Assembly: GCA_900549285.1 (NCBI GenBank)
Contig: URNW01000005.1
Span: 794-64,793, forward strand
Source: an uncultured Mycoplasmatota bacterium
GTDB lineage: Bacteria; Bacillota_I; Bacilli_A; RF39; UBA660
Direction: 5' to 3'
Length of the DNA stretch: 64,000 nucleotides
Shown here in pieces: positions 9,382 to 21,200 of this stretch (positions within the stretch are counted from its first letter, which is position 1; every line of letters starts with the position of its first letter). The notes under the pieces were generated by a model. The model saw nothing but the letters and a program-made list of their open reading frames with translations, searched no databases and had not been told where the DNA came from. Both the position numbers and the translations under genes were made by a program.

Positions 9382-11193
9382 ATGTGTGGAATTGTTGGGT
9401 ATGTGGGTAAAAAGAAGGCTGCTCCCATATTAATTAAAGGACTTAAAACATTAGAGTATCGTGGGTATGATTCGGCTGGTATGGCAATTTTACAAGATGA
9501 GAGTATTGCTATTTTAAAAGATAAAGGAAGAATTTTTAATTTAGAAAAAATTCTTGATATTAAGGATTTAACCAGTAACATAGGTATTGCTCATACTAGA
9601 TGGGCTACTCATGGTGTGCCTTCAAAAGAAAATGCTCATCCACATATGGATCAAAATCAGCATTTTGCTGTTGTTCATAATGGAATACTTGAAAATTATT
9701 TAGAACTTAAAGAATTTTTAAAAAAGAAAGGATTTTCCTTTACTTCACAAACTGATACGGAAGTTATACCCGTTTTAATGGAGTATTATTATCAAAAGAG
9801 TGGAGATGTTTTAGAAGCTTTTAAACAAATGTTAAATGATTTAAAAGGCAGCTATGCAATTCTTATTATAAGTCCTCTACTTTCTGATACAATTCTTGTT
9901 GCTAAAAAGAATAGTCCTTTAGTACTTGGTATTGGTAGTGATGGTATTTATGCTGCAAGTGATATACCAGCAATTATCGAATATACTAATCAATTTTTCT
10001 TCTTAGAAGATGATGAGAAAGCGATTATTCATGATGGTATTACTTTTTATGATAAGAGTTTTCAAGTAATAGATAAAAGTAGCAAAACCATTGATTGGAA
10101 AATGGAAGCGATAGATAAAAATGGTTATGAAGATTATATGTTAAAAGAAATTCATGAACAACCAGAAGCTCTTAAAAATACTTTAAATGGGATTATTAAA
10201 GAAGAAAAACCTATAGAGTTTTTGAATTTTTCTTTATCTAAAGATTACTTAGAACATTTAACTAATATTTATATTGTAGCTTGTGGTACTGCTATGCATG
10301 CGGGATTGGTTGGAAAATACGCGATTGAAAAATTATGTAGAATTCCCGTACATGTTGTTGTTGCTAGTGAATTTCGTTATCAGGATCCCATATTAAATAA
10401 ACATTCTTTATGTATTTTTATTAGCCAATCTGGAGAAACTGCCGATACTATTGCGGCTTTAAAGTTGGCTAAAAAGAAAATGGCTAAAACAATCGCGGTA
10501 ACAAATGTTTTTGAATCTTCTATTACCAGAGAAGCAGATTATACAATATACACTCATGCAGGTCCTGAGATTGCTGTTGCATCTACTAAAGCTTATATTT
10601 CTCAAGTAGGATTAATAATTGTATTTGCTATGTATATGTGTGAAATTCTTCAAAAAAATGGAGAGCTTTGTCAACTTCTAAAAAAAGATTTTCTCTATTT
10701 ACCAGACTTAATGAATCAAGTTATAGCCCATGAAAGTGATTATCAAGCTTTGGCTCATAAAATGGTTAAAGAAACAGATTTATTCTATATCGGCAGAGGA
10801 AATGATTATCATATTGCTTTAGAGGGATCTCTTAAATTAAAAGAAATTAGTTATATCCATAGTGAAGCATATGCCGCTGGAGAGTTAAAGCATGGTCCAA
10901 TTGCTTTAATTGATGATGGTACTTTTGTGGTTGGAATTACTACTGACCCAGTAACTTCTGAGAAGACCCTTAGTAATTTAGAAGAAGTTAAATCAAGAGG
11001 AGCTCATATTATTTTAGTAACTAATCAGAATCTAAATGAAGAACATGTGATTCATATTCCTAGTATTCATCCTATTATCAGTCCAATCCTTGCTATTATT
11101 CCTTTACAGTTTATTGCTTATTTTATTGCCAAAGAAAAAGGCTTAGATGTGGATAAGCCTAGAAATTTAGCTAAGTCTGTTACGGTTGAATAA
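9382..11193 (+). CDS. glmS: glutamine--fructose-6-phosphate aminotransferase
   Basis: MCGIVGY N-terminal nucleophile, two SIS domains and a C-terminal KSVTVE. Confidence 0.95.
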   Translation: MCGIVGYVGKKKAAPILIKGLKTLEYRGYDSAGMAILQDESIAILKDKGRIFNLEKILDIKDLTSNIGIAHTRWATHGVPSKENAHPHMDQNQHFAVVHNGILENYLELKEFLKKKGFSFTSQTDTEVIPVLMEYYYQKSGDVLEAFKQMLNDLKGSYAILIISPLLSDTILVAKKNSPLVLGIGSDGIYAASDIPAIIEYTNQFFFLEDDEKAIIHDGITFYDKSFQVIDKSSKTIDWKMEAIDKNGYEDYMLKEIHEQPEALKNTLNGIIKEEKPIEFLNFSLSKDYLEHLTNIYIVACGTAMHAGLVGKYAIEKLCRIPVHVVVASEFRYQDPILNKHSLCIFISQSGETADTIAALKLAKKKMAKTIAVTNVFESSITREADYTIYTHAGPEIAVASTKAYISQVGLIIVFAMYMCEILQKNGELCQLLKKDFLYLPDLMNQVIAHESDYQALAHKMVKETDLFYIGRGNDYHIALEGSLKLKEISYIHSEAYAAGELKHGPIALIDDGTFVVGITTDPVTSEKTLSNLEEVKSRGAHIILVTNQNLNEEHVIHIPSIHPIISPILAIIPLQFIAYFIAKEKGLDVDKPRNLAKSVTVE

Positions 11194-11261
11194 AAAAATA
11201 ATGATAAATTGGTGCTTTTTGAAAATCAAAAAATAAGAATGAAATAATTGAGGATAATGTA

Positions 11262-11499
11262 AAGCCTAATTTATTAAAAAGAAATTTTACTACTGATGCT
11301 CTCAGCAAAGTATGGGATACTGATGTAACTAGGTTCGCGAGCATATTTATCTACAATAATAGATTTGTATGATAAACATGTAGTTTCTTATATAATCTCT
11401 AAAAGGAATGATTTAAAATTAGTGATGGATACTTTAAATGAAGCATTAAACAAAGAAAAAAATGTACACAGACTTATCATTCATAGACAACTAGGCTAA
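11262..11499 (+). pseudogene. IS3-family transposase (OrfB) fragment, frameshifted and truncated
   Basis: Translation gives KPNLLKRNFTTDALSKVWDTDVT. After a frame change it gives YLSTIIDLYDKHVVSYIISKRNDLKLVMDTLNEAL...LIIHRQLG. These are the typical N-terminal part of the IS3/IS150 integrase core. There is no start codon, no DDE region and no inverted repeats. Confidence 0.6.
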
Positions 11500-11514
11500 A
11501 GTCAAAAGTTAAGA

Positions 11515-11541
11515 AAAAGAGAAAAATGATTTTCTCTTTTT
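11515..11541. terminator. bidirectional terminator at the 3' end of galE
   Basis: 11-bp stem aaaagagaaaa (11515-11525) / ttttctctttt (11530-11540). Confidence 0.6.
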
Positions 11542-11567
11542 AATACACTATTTTTTATTGGTTTCTC

Positions 11568-12605
11568 CTAAATGTGATTCACATCATTATTAGTAACGAC
11601 TTGTCTGTTTTTGGTAAAATTATAAGCATCTTTACACATATCTTCCAGTGTTTTTTCAGCTTTCCATCCTAGTTCTTTTTCAGCTAAATGGGCATCAGAA
11701 TAATATTCATCAATATCACCAGGTCTTCTTGCTGTAATTTTATACGGAATTTTAACATTATTCACTTTTTCAAATGCACGGATAATATCTAAAACGCTAT
11801 ATCCTATTCCTGTTCCTAAATTATATATTAATAAACCTTTTTCTATATTATTTAATTTTTCAATACCATTTATATGAGCTCTTGCTAAATCCATAATATG
11901 AATATAATCTCTTACGCCAGTACCATCTTTGGTATTATAATCATTTCCAAATACACTAAGTTCTTTTAATTCACCTGTTGCAACCATAGAAATATATGGC
12001 ATTAAATTAGCTGGTATTCCGTTTGGTTCTTCACCAATTATTCCTGATGGGTGTGCTCCAACTGGATTAAAATATCTAAATATTAATATTTTCCAATTAT
12101 TATCTGATGTATATAAATCTTCTAGTATTTTTTCAACAAATAGCTTGCTTGTTGAATATGGATTAGTGGTTCCACCAGTTTTGGCTTTTTCTGTTAAAGG
12201 AATAAATTCAGGAGTTCCATACACTGTTGCCGTACTACTAAATATAATCGATTTAACGTTATGTTCATTCATTGCTTTTAAAAGTGTTAATACACTACTT
12301 ACATTATTAATATAATAATCAATTGGTTTTGCTACACTTTCACCAACAGCTTTGTATGCTGCGAAATCGATTACATAATCAATTCTGTTTTCTTCAAATA
12401 TTTTATTTAAAATGTTTTTATCTAAAACGTTTCCTTCATAGAATTTAATTTCTTTTCCAGTCAATTTTTTTATTTTTTCTAATATGGTTGGTTTACTATT
12501 GCTAAAATCATCTAGTCCAATTATTTCATATCCAGAATTTAATAATTCAACACAGGTATGACTACCTATATAACCTGTACATCCTGTAACAAATATTTTT
12601 TTCAT
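11568..12605 (-). CDS. galE: UDP-glucose 4-epimerase
   Basis: GCTGYIGSH Rossmann motif, a YSTSK catalytic motif, a 345-aa length and a GalE-like C-terminus. Confidence 0.85.
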   Translation of the reverse strand: MKKIFVTGCTGYIGSHTCVELLNSGYEIIGLDDFSNSKPTILEKIKKLTGKEIKFYEGNVLDKNILNKIFEENRIDYVIDFAAYKAVGESVAKPIDYYINNVSSVLTLLKAMNEHNVKSIIFSSTATVYGTPEFIPLTEKAKTGGTTNPYSTSKLFVEKILEDLYTSDNNWKILIFRYFNPVGAHPSGIIGEEPNGIPANLMPYISMVATGELKELSVFGNDYNTKDGTGVRDYIHIMDLARAHINGIEKLNNIEKGLLIYNLGTGIGYSVLDIIRAFEKVNNVKIPYKITARRPGDIDEYYSDAHLAEKELGWKAEKTLEDMCKDAYNFTKNRQVVTNNDVNHI

Positions 12606-12632
12606 AAAATCCTCTTTCTTTATCTTATTATA

Positions 12633-13112
12633 CTATAATTTTTTCATCAATTCTATATTTCTATTAAAATACCCATTCACATAATAAAATTTTTGAGCAT
12701 TTATATTATAAGCAAATACATCTATTAAGATGCCTTGACATCCAACACTTTTAAAATAATCTTCCATGTGCTTTAATAGTTTTTTACCTATACCGTTTGC
12801 TTGATATTGCTCTTTTACTACTAGTTCTGTTATTCTTGCCCTCTTAGGAGCAGCAAAATCATAAGTCTTTTCGTCATCATTATTAATCAGCCCAATAATA
12901 AGTCCGACAATTTCTTCATTTTCTTTGCCTAAGAATATTTTACCTTCAAAAAGGCTCACTTCTTTCATTGTTTTTTCAAAGTATTTTTCACGATATTCAG
13001 GTGTTAAAATATTATATTGCTCTCTATCTATTTTGGTAATAAAACTTTGAAGATCTACTAATAAATCTTTTATATTTTCATTATATTTTGAGGAATACTC
13101 TATTATTTCCAT
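12633..13112 (-). CDS. GNAT-family N-acetyltransferase
   Basis: 159 aa with the acetyl-CoA binding motif QANGIGKKLL. Confidence 0.7.
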   Translation of the reverse strand: MEIIEYSSKYNENIKDLLVDLQSFITKIDREQYNILTPEYREKYFEKTMKEVSLFEGKIFLGKENEEIVGLIIGLINNDDEKTYDFAAPKRARITELVVKEQYQANGIGKKLLKHMEDYFKSVGCQGILIDVFAYNINAQKFYYVNGYFNRNIELMKKL

Positions 13113-13117
13113 ACTCT

Positions 13118-13828
13118 TTATTTTTCCCTTCTTACCTTTATTAAAAATTTTACATTATTATTCCAAAATCTTTTTATTCTTTTTGGCTCTTTTATAATTC
13201 GATATAGCCATTCTAAATTAAGTTTGATAAATATTTTTGGAGCTCTTTTTTTTACTCCACTTAAAACATCAAAAGAACCCCCTACACCTATATAAATGCC
13301 TTTTTTAGCATTTTCTATATATTTAGAAATCAATAATTCTTGTTTGGGTATTCCTAACGCTACTAAGCATATATCTGGATTTAATTTAACTATTTTTTGC
13401 ATTTCTTCTTCTTTATTTTCAATATAACCATCAGAGTATTCTAATATTTTAATATTAGGATATTCTTTTTTTATTTTTAGTACTAGTTGTTCTAATACTT
13501 CTTTGGTTGTACCAAATAAAGCCAGAGTATATTTTTCTTTATTAGCAAGAGATAAAAGATATTCTGCTAAGTCAATTCCTGTAATCCGTTCCACTACATT
13601 CATTCCTATCTTTTGACATGCTTTTACTACAGCAATACCGTCAGGAACTAAAGAATTATTATAATCAAGCAATAGATGTTTTAAAGCCTTTTCTTTTTTA
13701 CTTAACATAAGAGTCTCTGGATTTACAGTGATGATAAATGCTTTTATGTTTTTTTTCAATTTCTCTTTTAGTTGTTCTTGATATTTTTCCTTTGATTCTT
13801 CTGTTATTCTCTGCAAATATTCTTTCAT
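13118..13828 (-). CDS. tagA: WecG/TagA/CpsF-family glycosyltransferase (N-acetylmannosaminyltransferase-like)
   Basis: 236 aa with PDGIAVV, ALGIPKQE and LEWLYR motifs typical of the GT26 TagA family. Confidence 0.75.
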   Translation of the reverse strand: MKEYLQRITEESKEKYQEQLKEKLKKNIKAFIITVNPETLMLSKKEKALKHLLLDYNNSLVPDGIAVVKACQKIGMNVVERITGIDLAEYLLSLANKEKYTLALFGTTKEVLEQLVLKIKKEYPNIKILEYSDGYIENKEEEMQKIVKLNPDICLVALGIPKQELLISKYIENAKKGIYIGVGGSFDVLSGVKKRAPKIFIKLNLEWLYRIIKEPKRIKRFWNNNVKFLIKVRREK

Positions 13829-13829
13829 T

Positions 13830-16286
13830 TTATTCGTCCTTTTCTTTTTTTATATTATTAATAAATATTAGCCACTCTTTTTTTACCGTATCAAATTTGT
13901 AAGCATCTACATTTTTTCTTGCTTTATTACCCATTTTTTGCTTTTCTTTTACTGAATATTGTAAATATTTCTCTATTTTTTTAAGATATTCTTTTCTATT
14001 TCTATTCTCTATTAAATATCCTGTAGCTGGTTTTATTATTTCTTTTGCACCTTCGGCGCTAGAATATGCTATACAAGGCACTCCAAAACTCATAGCCTCA
14101 ATTAGTACTAATCCAAAAGATTCTTCTTTGGAAGTCATCAGGTACAAAGTTGAATTTTTTAAAGTTTTTTGAATTTCTTTTTTAGGTTTGAATCCCCATA
14201 ATTTAATGTTTTTTTCTAAATTAAATTCATTAATTAGACTTTCTATTCTTTGACGATTTGAACCATCTCCATAAATATTTAAAAATACATCTTTATTATC
14301 TCTTGTTAGTTCATTCATAATATGAATTAGTTCATCCATTGCCTTCTCATTTTCTAATCTTCCTATAGAGATTAAATTTTTATTATTAAGTTTTGATATT
14401 TCTTGCTCATTTGGATAATAATCTAGCGCTAAAGGAATATATTTCATATTGATATTTATTTTATTTTCGTATTTTAATAACAAAGTTTTACTTGCAGGCA
14501 TAATATAGTCTATATTTTGAAAGTGATTTAATTTTTTTATATATTTTGCAGTTACGTTATAAGTGTGTTCTTGATGTATTTTTATTGCTTTGTCTCGACC
14601 ATATTTATTTAATATTTTACTAAAGGAATATCTTGTAGAAATTATTACTTTAGCATCATTATTAATAATGGATTTCTTTATTAGATAATTTTTATTAAAT
14701 AATATATAAATAGATTTTATTCCCTCTTTTAATATTTTTAAAATATTTTTTTCTCTTAATGCAGTTTTAAATTCTTTTTTATTAGATGTAATATTCATTA
14801 AATGTTTGATTTTTACTCTTTTATTAAATTTAAATGGCTCTTCTTTTTTACGGTATAAAGATATGACTTCTACTTCGTATTTTTCGTCTAGCATATTAGC
14901 AATATTTGATATTGCATTTTCTATCCCACCATAGCCAAGATGTAAACTCAATATGGTAATTTTGCTATCATTAATTTCCCTTTTTTCAAATGATTTTATT
15001 TCATTTAATAAATATATAAAATAAATTGATATATAAATTGATACTGCTGGGGCAAGATAAGCATGTCCTGCTGTAGATGATATTCCCAAGGTCATAAATA
15101 TTATCATTAAATAGAAGAAAATATTAATATTAAATTTAGTGGATTTTGATTTTCTTTTTTTAAAATATATAATAAATGTATATATGAATGGAAAAGCAAC
15201 TATAAAAATCGCTAATAATCCTAGATGAAAAAATATATCTAAAAAGTCTATTTCTATTAATTTTTCTACTCTATAATTAGAAATTCGATCTGTATTAGAA
15301 TATCCCATCCCAAAAAGTAAATAACTAGGTCTGTAATTTTCACTATAAATATAATAAGAATTTAGTGCATATATGTCGCGGTCACTAAGTAAAATTGAAC
15401 CTAATTGTTTCATACTATTTAAAAATTTACTTCCTTCATAATAACTTGAAATTTCATTTTCTATTTCTGTAATCTCTTGAGATTCTTCTATTGATATAGA
15501 ATTTTTTAAATTCATCGCAGAGTAATTTCCTGACATATAAATCGTTGTAATTAGAAAGGCTCCAAAAGTTATTATTACAATTTCATTTAATATTCTTTTC
15601 TTTTTTAGAAGTGTCGTTATAAATATTAAAAAGGTAATAATAATAATGCCAAATAATGTCACTTTTGTTCCAATTAAACTAATTGTAAATAAACTTAGAA
15701 TGAACAATATTGAAAATAATAATTTATGTTTTTTTAGCAATAAGTAAATAAAAGGAAAAAGTAGGAGCAAAATTGTTGATACTTCATTTGCGGAAAAGTA
15801 CCATCCTACTGATCCAGCATAGCTACTATTAGAATAAGATTTAAAATTAATATCTAAAATAGTTGGTATTATTATTATTAAAATATAAAATATTAAATTC
15901 CATAACATTATTTTATCTAATTTGTCTTTTTCAAAGCCACTTTCATCAAATATGTTTAATAATGCAAATGTTAATACTGGAAAATAGATGAATTTTAAAA
16001 TGTATTTAAGCTCACTTACTAAAAAAGTTAGATTTAATAAATCATTTTTAAATAAGAAATATCCAATTATATATATTATAATTCCTAAATAATATAAAAT
16101 CGATATTTTTTTAAATTTACTTGCAGATAAGAAAAACACATAAATATAAGCTATAATAATTGCTAATCCTTTAATAATCATTCCTACTGATAAAAAATTT
16201 TCCACCATTCTATTATTTAAACTTGTTAATAAGTCTAATAATGGTAAGGTTAATAAAAATATTTCTAGTAATCTTCTTTTTTTCAT
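13830..16286 (-). CDS. fusion protein: N-terminal polytopic O-antigen ligase/polymerase-like (Wzy_C-type) domain plus C-terminal GT4 glycosyltransferase
   Basis: Residues 1 to about 440 form at least 10 TM helices with a large loop. The C-terminal roughly 370 aa carry GRLENEKAMDELI and the EX7E motif (EESFGLVLIEAMSFGVPCIA). Confidence 0.6.
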   Translation of the reverse strand: MKKRRLLEIFLLTLPLLDLLTSLNNRMVENFLSVGMIIKGLAIIIAYIYVFFLSASKFKKISILYYLGIIIYIIGYFLFKNDLLNLTFLVSELKYILKFIYFPVLTFALLNIFDESGFEKDKLDKIMLWNLIFYILIIIIPTILDINFKSYSNSSYAGSVGWYFSANEVSTILLLLFPFIYLLLKKHKLLFSILFILSLFTISLIGTKVTLFGIIIITFLIFITTLLKKKRILNEIVIITFGAFLITTIYMSGNYSAMNLKNSISIEESQEITEIENEISSYYEGSKFLNSMKQLGSILLSDRDIYALNSYYIYSENYRPSYLLFGMGYSNTDRISNYRVEKLIEIDFLDIFFHLGLLAIFIVAFPFIYTFIIYFKKRKSKSTKFNINIFFYLMIIFMTLGISSTAGHAYLAPAVSIYISIYFIYLLNEIKSFEKREINDSKITILSLHLGYGGIENAISNIANMLDEKYEVEVISLYRKKEEPFKFNKRVKIKHLMNITSNKKEFKTALREKNILKILKEGIKSIYILFNKNYLIKKSIINNDAKVIISTRYSFSKILNKYGRDKAIKIHQEHTYNVTAKYIKKLNHFQNIDYIMPASKTLLLKYENKININMKYIPLALDYYPNEQEISKLNNKNLISIGRLENEKAMDELIHIMNELTRDNKDVFLNIYGDGSNRQRIESLINEFNLEKNIKLWGFKPKKEIQKTLKNSTLYLMTSKEESFGLVLIEAMSFGVPCIAYSSAEGAKEIIKPATGYLIENRNRKEYLKKIEKYLQYSVKEKQKMGNKARKNVDAYKFDTVKKEWLIFINNIKKEKDE

Positions 16287-16346
16287 ATTTTACCTCACAT
16301 ATTTTAATTATATCGTATTTAATAGTATTTAAAAAGCATAATTTCT

Positions 16347-17303
16347 TTAATTATGCCTAAAATTATACAAGCTACAATATAATTTTGTTAATGTTCTATT
16401 TGTTTTTACGATTCTTTTCAAATAATTAAACCTTTTTAAATAATTACATTTTCTCCATTTTGGATCTAGCTTATATAGATATTTAAATGCTTCATTTATA
16501 AAAGTATCTCGATCTTTTTTATCTTTAATATATCTCTGTTGTATAGTGTAATCTGTTAAAATCATAACAATAAGACTAATTATTGGTTCTTTAGGATAAT
16601 CAACTTCTTTAAGATTCTTGACAATTATTTCTATGATTTTAAAAATATCAAATATTCTTTTGTCTCTTATTGTTGTTTCACTTTTTTCGTGTATAACATA
16701 GTATGTCAAAAAGTCGGCTATTTTTCCTATTTTTTTGGCATTTAATAATGATTTAATAACAAATGGAGCATCTTCATATTTTAAATTTTCTTCAAATTTA
16801 ATATTATTTTTTTTGATCATATTCATTTTATAAATTTTATTGCATGGTCCTAAATTGATAAAATTAATTAAACTTGGATTGCTTTTTAATGATGAATCTT
16901 TAAAGTTTACAAATTCTATTTTTTTTAATTTATCATTTCTATCTTCAAAATAATTGCATATTACAATATCGCAATTATCTTCATCAGCTTTTTTTATCAT
17001 TTTTTTACAAAAATTTTTATCTAAATAATCATCTGAATCAACAAAAGCAATATAATTTCCAGTTGCATTTTCTATCCCTAAATTTCTAGTTTTTCCAATA
17101 CCTTCGTTTTTTTTACTGATATATTTTAATCTTTTGTCTCGATATAATTTTATTATCTCTTCAGAATTATCAATTGATCCATCATTAATGACAATTATTT
17201 CAATATCTTTATATGTTTGCGTTATTAAAGAATCCAGACATTTTCTAAGATATTTGGATGTGTTATATACTGGAACTATTAAACTAATTTTTGCCATTTT
17301 CAC
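16347..17303 (-). CDS. family 2 glycosyltransferase
   Basis: SLIVPVYNTSKYL, INDGSID and FVDSDD motifs. Confidence 0.8.
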   Translation of the reverse strand: MKMAKISLIVPVYNTSKYLRKCLDSLITQTYKDIEIIVINDGSIDNSEEIIKLYRDKRLKYISKKNEGIGKTRNLGIENATGNYIAFVDSDDYLDKNFCKKMIKKADEDNCDIVICNYFEDRNDKLKKIEFVNFKDSSLKSNPSLINFINLGPCNKIYKMNMIKKNNIKFEENLKYEDAPFVIKSLLNAKKIGKIADFLTYYVIHEKSETTIRDKRIFDIFKIIEIIVKNLKEVDYPKEPIISLIVMILTDYTIQQRYIKDKKDRDTFINEAFKYLYKLDPKWRKCNYLKRFNYLKRIVKTNRTLTKLYCSLYNFRHN

Positions 17304-18229
17304 CTCTTAAGATAATTATAAAATAAATATGCATTATTTTTTATAAGAAAATTCCTAATTTTTGATTTTATAGTTTTAGCTTTTAAATGAACATAACAAT
17401 TATTGATTTTTAAGATTTTATTATATTTCTTAAAATCTCTATATTTTAACCTTGTTGAATAATAAATTAGTGAATTATTAATAAAAGCTATTAAATCTTT
17501 ATTTGGATTAATATTTGCTAATTCTTTTTTTAGAAAATTAGCTTGTAAAATCATATCCTCCATTTTTTTTATTTTTTTAGAATAGTCATTAGTTGTCATT
17601 AAACTATTTTTTCGTTTTACATAATTATAACCAATATAAGAAATTGATTTTACTTTTTTAGCTTTAGCAATCACTAAAGGAATTAAGCCATAATCTTCAG
17701 CAATACAATTTTCCATAAATTTAAATTTATTCTTTTTATAATATTTAGCACTATAACAATAACTCCATGCATTTTCTATATAATGATATTTTAATATCTT
17801 ATTAAAAGCACTTATACCATCAATAGTATTAAAGCCAATTTCTTCATACTTAATAATTTTATCATTAACTATATCTTGAATTTGAAAACGGATTAAATCA
17901 GGATTTCCTTTTATTTCATTATTTATTGTTTCTAATAGTGTTTTTTCAAAAAAATCATCACTATCTAAGAACAAAATATATTCTCCTTTTGAAGCCTCAA
18001 TACCAAGATTTCGTGCTTTACTGAGTCCTGTTTTTTCAGCAAAAATTTTACTAAAATTTTTATATTTTTTAACATATTTATCAACTATTACTTCACTATT
18101 ATCACTACACTTATCACAGATAATTATTACTTCATAGTTTTGATATGTTTGATTTACTATACTATCTAAACATTTTCTTAAATAATTTTCTACATTATAA
18201 ACAGGAACTATAATACTAAACTTAATCAT
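17300..18229 (-). CDS. family 2 glycosyltransferase
   Basis: SIIVPVYNVENYL and FLDSDD motifs. It overlaps the downstream GT2 gene by 4 nt. Confidence 0.8.
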   Translation of the reverse strand: MIKFSIIVPVYNVENYLRKCLDSIVNQTYQNYEVIIICDKCSDNSEVIVDKYVKKYKNFSKIFAEKTGLSKARNLGIEASKGEYILFLDSDDFFEKTLLETINNEIKGNPDLIRFQIQDIVNDKIIKYEEIGFNTIDGISAFNKILKYHYIENAWSYCYSAKYYKKNKFKFMENCIAEDYGLIPLVIAKAKKVKSISYIGYNYVKRKNSLMTTNDYSKKIKKMEDMILQANFLKKELANINPNKDLIAFINNSLIYYSTRLKYRDFKKYNKILKINNCYVHLKAKTIKSKIRNFLIKNNAYLFYNYLKR

Positions 18230-18236
18230 ATTTACC

Positions 18237-21200
18237 TCATTTATTGTTATCTTCTAAAATTATTTTTGCAGTAATTAATAGATTTGTAGAAAATTCGTTT
18301 TTAACTATATTTTTTTTATTTAAAAATTTATCTATGCTTTCAGGTAATTTATCAATATTTTTATCAATAAATATGATACTTTTATTGTCTTTTAACATCT
18401 CAGTAAATTCTTTTAATTTGTGATTAAAAGCACTTATTACTATGCATGGTGTATTAGTAATTAGAGAAAATATTAGACCATGTAATCGATCGGTAACTAC
18501 TAATTTATGCCTTGCAAAATTTTTCAATTGTTCGTACACAACATAGTTTCTTTGGATTTTTTTGATATTTGTTGTCCAAAGATTATTAGTAAAACTATAA
18601 TTATTATCAACAGACTTAATTATTTTTAATATTTCTTCATACTTATTTTTATCTAAACCGCTTTCATCGTTTAAATCTCTTAAACAACACATTATTCCAT
18701 TACGATTATAGCCATAATCAAAATTTAAGTTTAGTGCTAAATCCAAAGACTCATAACATTTTGCATTAAAAAAATTTTTTTTAGCAATTTCTAAGCTAAT
18801 ATGTCCACGAGTAAATATAGTTAGATTATGATGTTTATTATAAATTTCTTTACTTATTTCAAATTCCTTATCATCATTAAAATAAATTGTTTGAGGTAAT
18901 ATAATGATTTTATTATTTGGAAAGTTTTCAATTATAATTCTTCGAACATTTTCTTCATTTTTAAACTTATTTCCTAAATTGCCGCCCCCTTGTAAAAATA
19001 TTAGATCATCATTATTTATAATATTCTCTAGATAAGGCAATGTATCACTAAATTCGTAAGTTGATACTTCTATTAATTTATAGTCCTTGAAGTATTTCCT
19101 AATAAACTCATATTCTCCATAAGTTATGGCAGCGTCACCAATGTTACTATGTTCACTAGTACCAATTAATATTATTTTCTTGGTAAAATATAAATTAGAT
19201 AGTTTTTCATCTCTTAAAAAATCATATTTCTTTTCAAAATCATACATTTGGTCATGAAGTAAATAAACTTTATTTTGCATATCTATCAAAATATCATTAT
19301 TTTTTTTTATATTTTTTTCGATATCGTCGATAAGTAACTTTTCTTTGTTATTAAAATTATTAATTAATATATCACTTTTATCTTTTAATATTTGTAATGA
19401 TTGATTGCTTTGATTACTTAAGTTGTCATTAACTGCTTCTGCCATAATATTATAAAAAACTCTTTTAAAAGGTCGATATAGTGGCCCTAATATTTTTTGC
19501 TTTAATGATTTTCTATTAGTATTTAAACTGCTAATAGTGGACTTCTTTATAACTATATCTTTCATATAGCCATGTTCAGCTTCAAAAAGTCGTAAATCAA
19601 AAACATGATTTAAACATCTGCTATTATAGATTTTTTTCTTGTCATTATTTTTCAATGCTTGACTAAATATTTTATTTAATCGAATTAATTCTTCAGCACC
19701 TACTTTGCCATTCCAAGGAGCAACTATTTTTAAATCTTCTTCAGTTAGGTTAATATCTAATTTAGCAAAATTCTTTTTTACTAAGTCACGCATCATGTCG
19801 ATTGTTTTTTTATTTTGGCCAGCAGAACCAGCATGCCAACGGTGATAATATAATACTTCTGGGATACTACCAACTTTCATACCTTTATCAAAGCATCTTA
19901 ACCAAAGTTCCCAATCTTCAACATGACTTCTACTTTCATCATACCATAAATTATTTTCTATAAAGAATTTTTTGCGGAACATTATTGTGGGATGATTAAA
20001 TGGACAAGTAAATATACTCCATGCATGAGCCATTTCACCTTCAAATGATATTCTCTCTTCGTTCATATCTCCAAAATATTCAAAATTAGATGTTACTAAA
20101 TCAATATCGCTATGTTCATTTAAATATTTAACTTGTTTATAAAGGCGATTTTTTGCTATACGATCATCATCATCAATACGAGCAATATAATCAGCTTTAG
20201 CATTTTTAATGCCAATATTTAAACTTTTAGCAATACCTGCTCTTTCCTCATTAATAATTAGGTTAACCCGAGGATCGTCATATTTCTTTAAAAGGTTTAT
20301 AAGTTCGTCATTTTCATTGCCATCAACTACTAAAATAATTTCGAAATTATCATATTGAAATCCATGTTCCTGCTCTTGTTTTATAAGAAGATCATCAAGA
20401 ATTTGCTTAAAGTACTCAACTTTTGGTTTATACATTGGTATAATTATTGAAACATCTGGTTTTATTTCACCAAGGCAATCACTTCCTCCGAGTTTTAACC
20501 ACTCCTTATAATATTCATACCATTTGGGATAGGTTTTAAATAAATACCAGCTTTTCCAAAATTTACGAGTTCCCCAAGCATGAACAATTTTAGCATTACT
20601 AGCATCTCTTTTATAACTTGGATAGAAACAATATGCTCCATTTTCACCAACGCAAGTAACATTCACATTAAATTCTTGAATTAATATATTTAAAATACCT
20701 TGATCGGGTAATACTAAATTCTCGGCATATTCGATAGTTTTATCAAAACACCATTTTGTCATTTTATCATAATCTTTTAGAGTATCTGCTACTGTTATTA
20801 AACCTGAACTCATGTTATACCTAGTCATATCATAGTTAGATATAGGTATCTTAAAGCTGGTTCGAACTGTATCAGTTGTTTTATAAGACTTGTTTTTTGG
20901 GTCTTCAAAATTAGCAGACATACCACTTTCCTTGGCTTTATCAATTATTGAATCTAGTTTACCGCAAATTAAGACATCCGTGTCTAGCCAAGTAATAGTT
21001 TCATATTCGTTTAATAAATCGAACATATAGTATCTAGAAAACATTAATGGTGAAAATTTTTCAAATGCTGGCAATGCTTTAATATTGTCTGGTAATTTAT
21101 AATTAAATTTAATAAATCTACACGGAATTAAATCTTCTATTATCTTTTTATCCTTTTCATCTATTTTATCATAATAATATATAATTGCTTCATCAAATAA

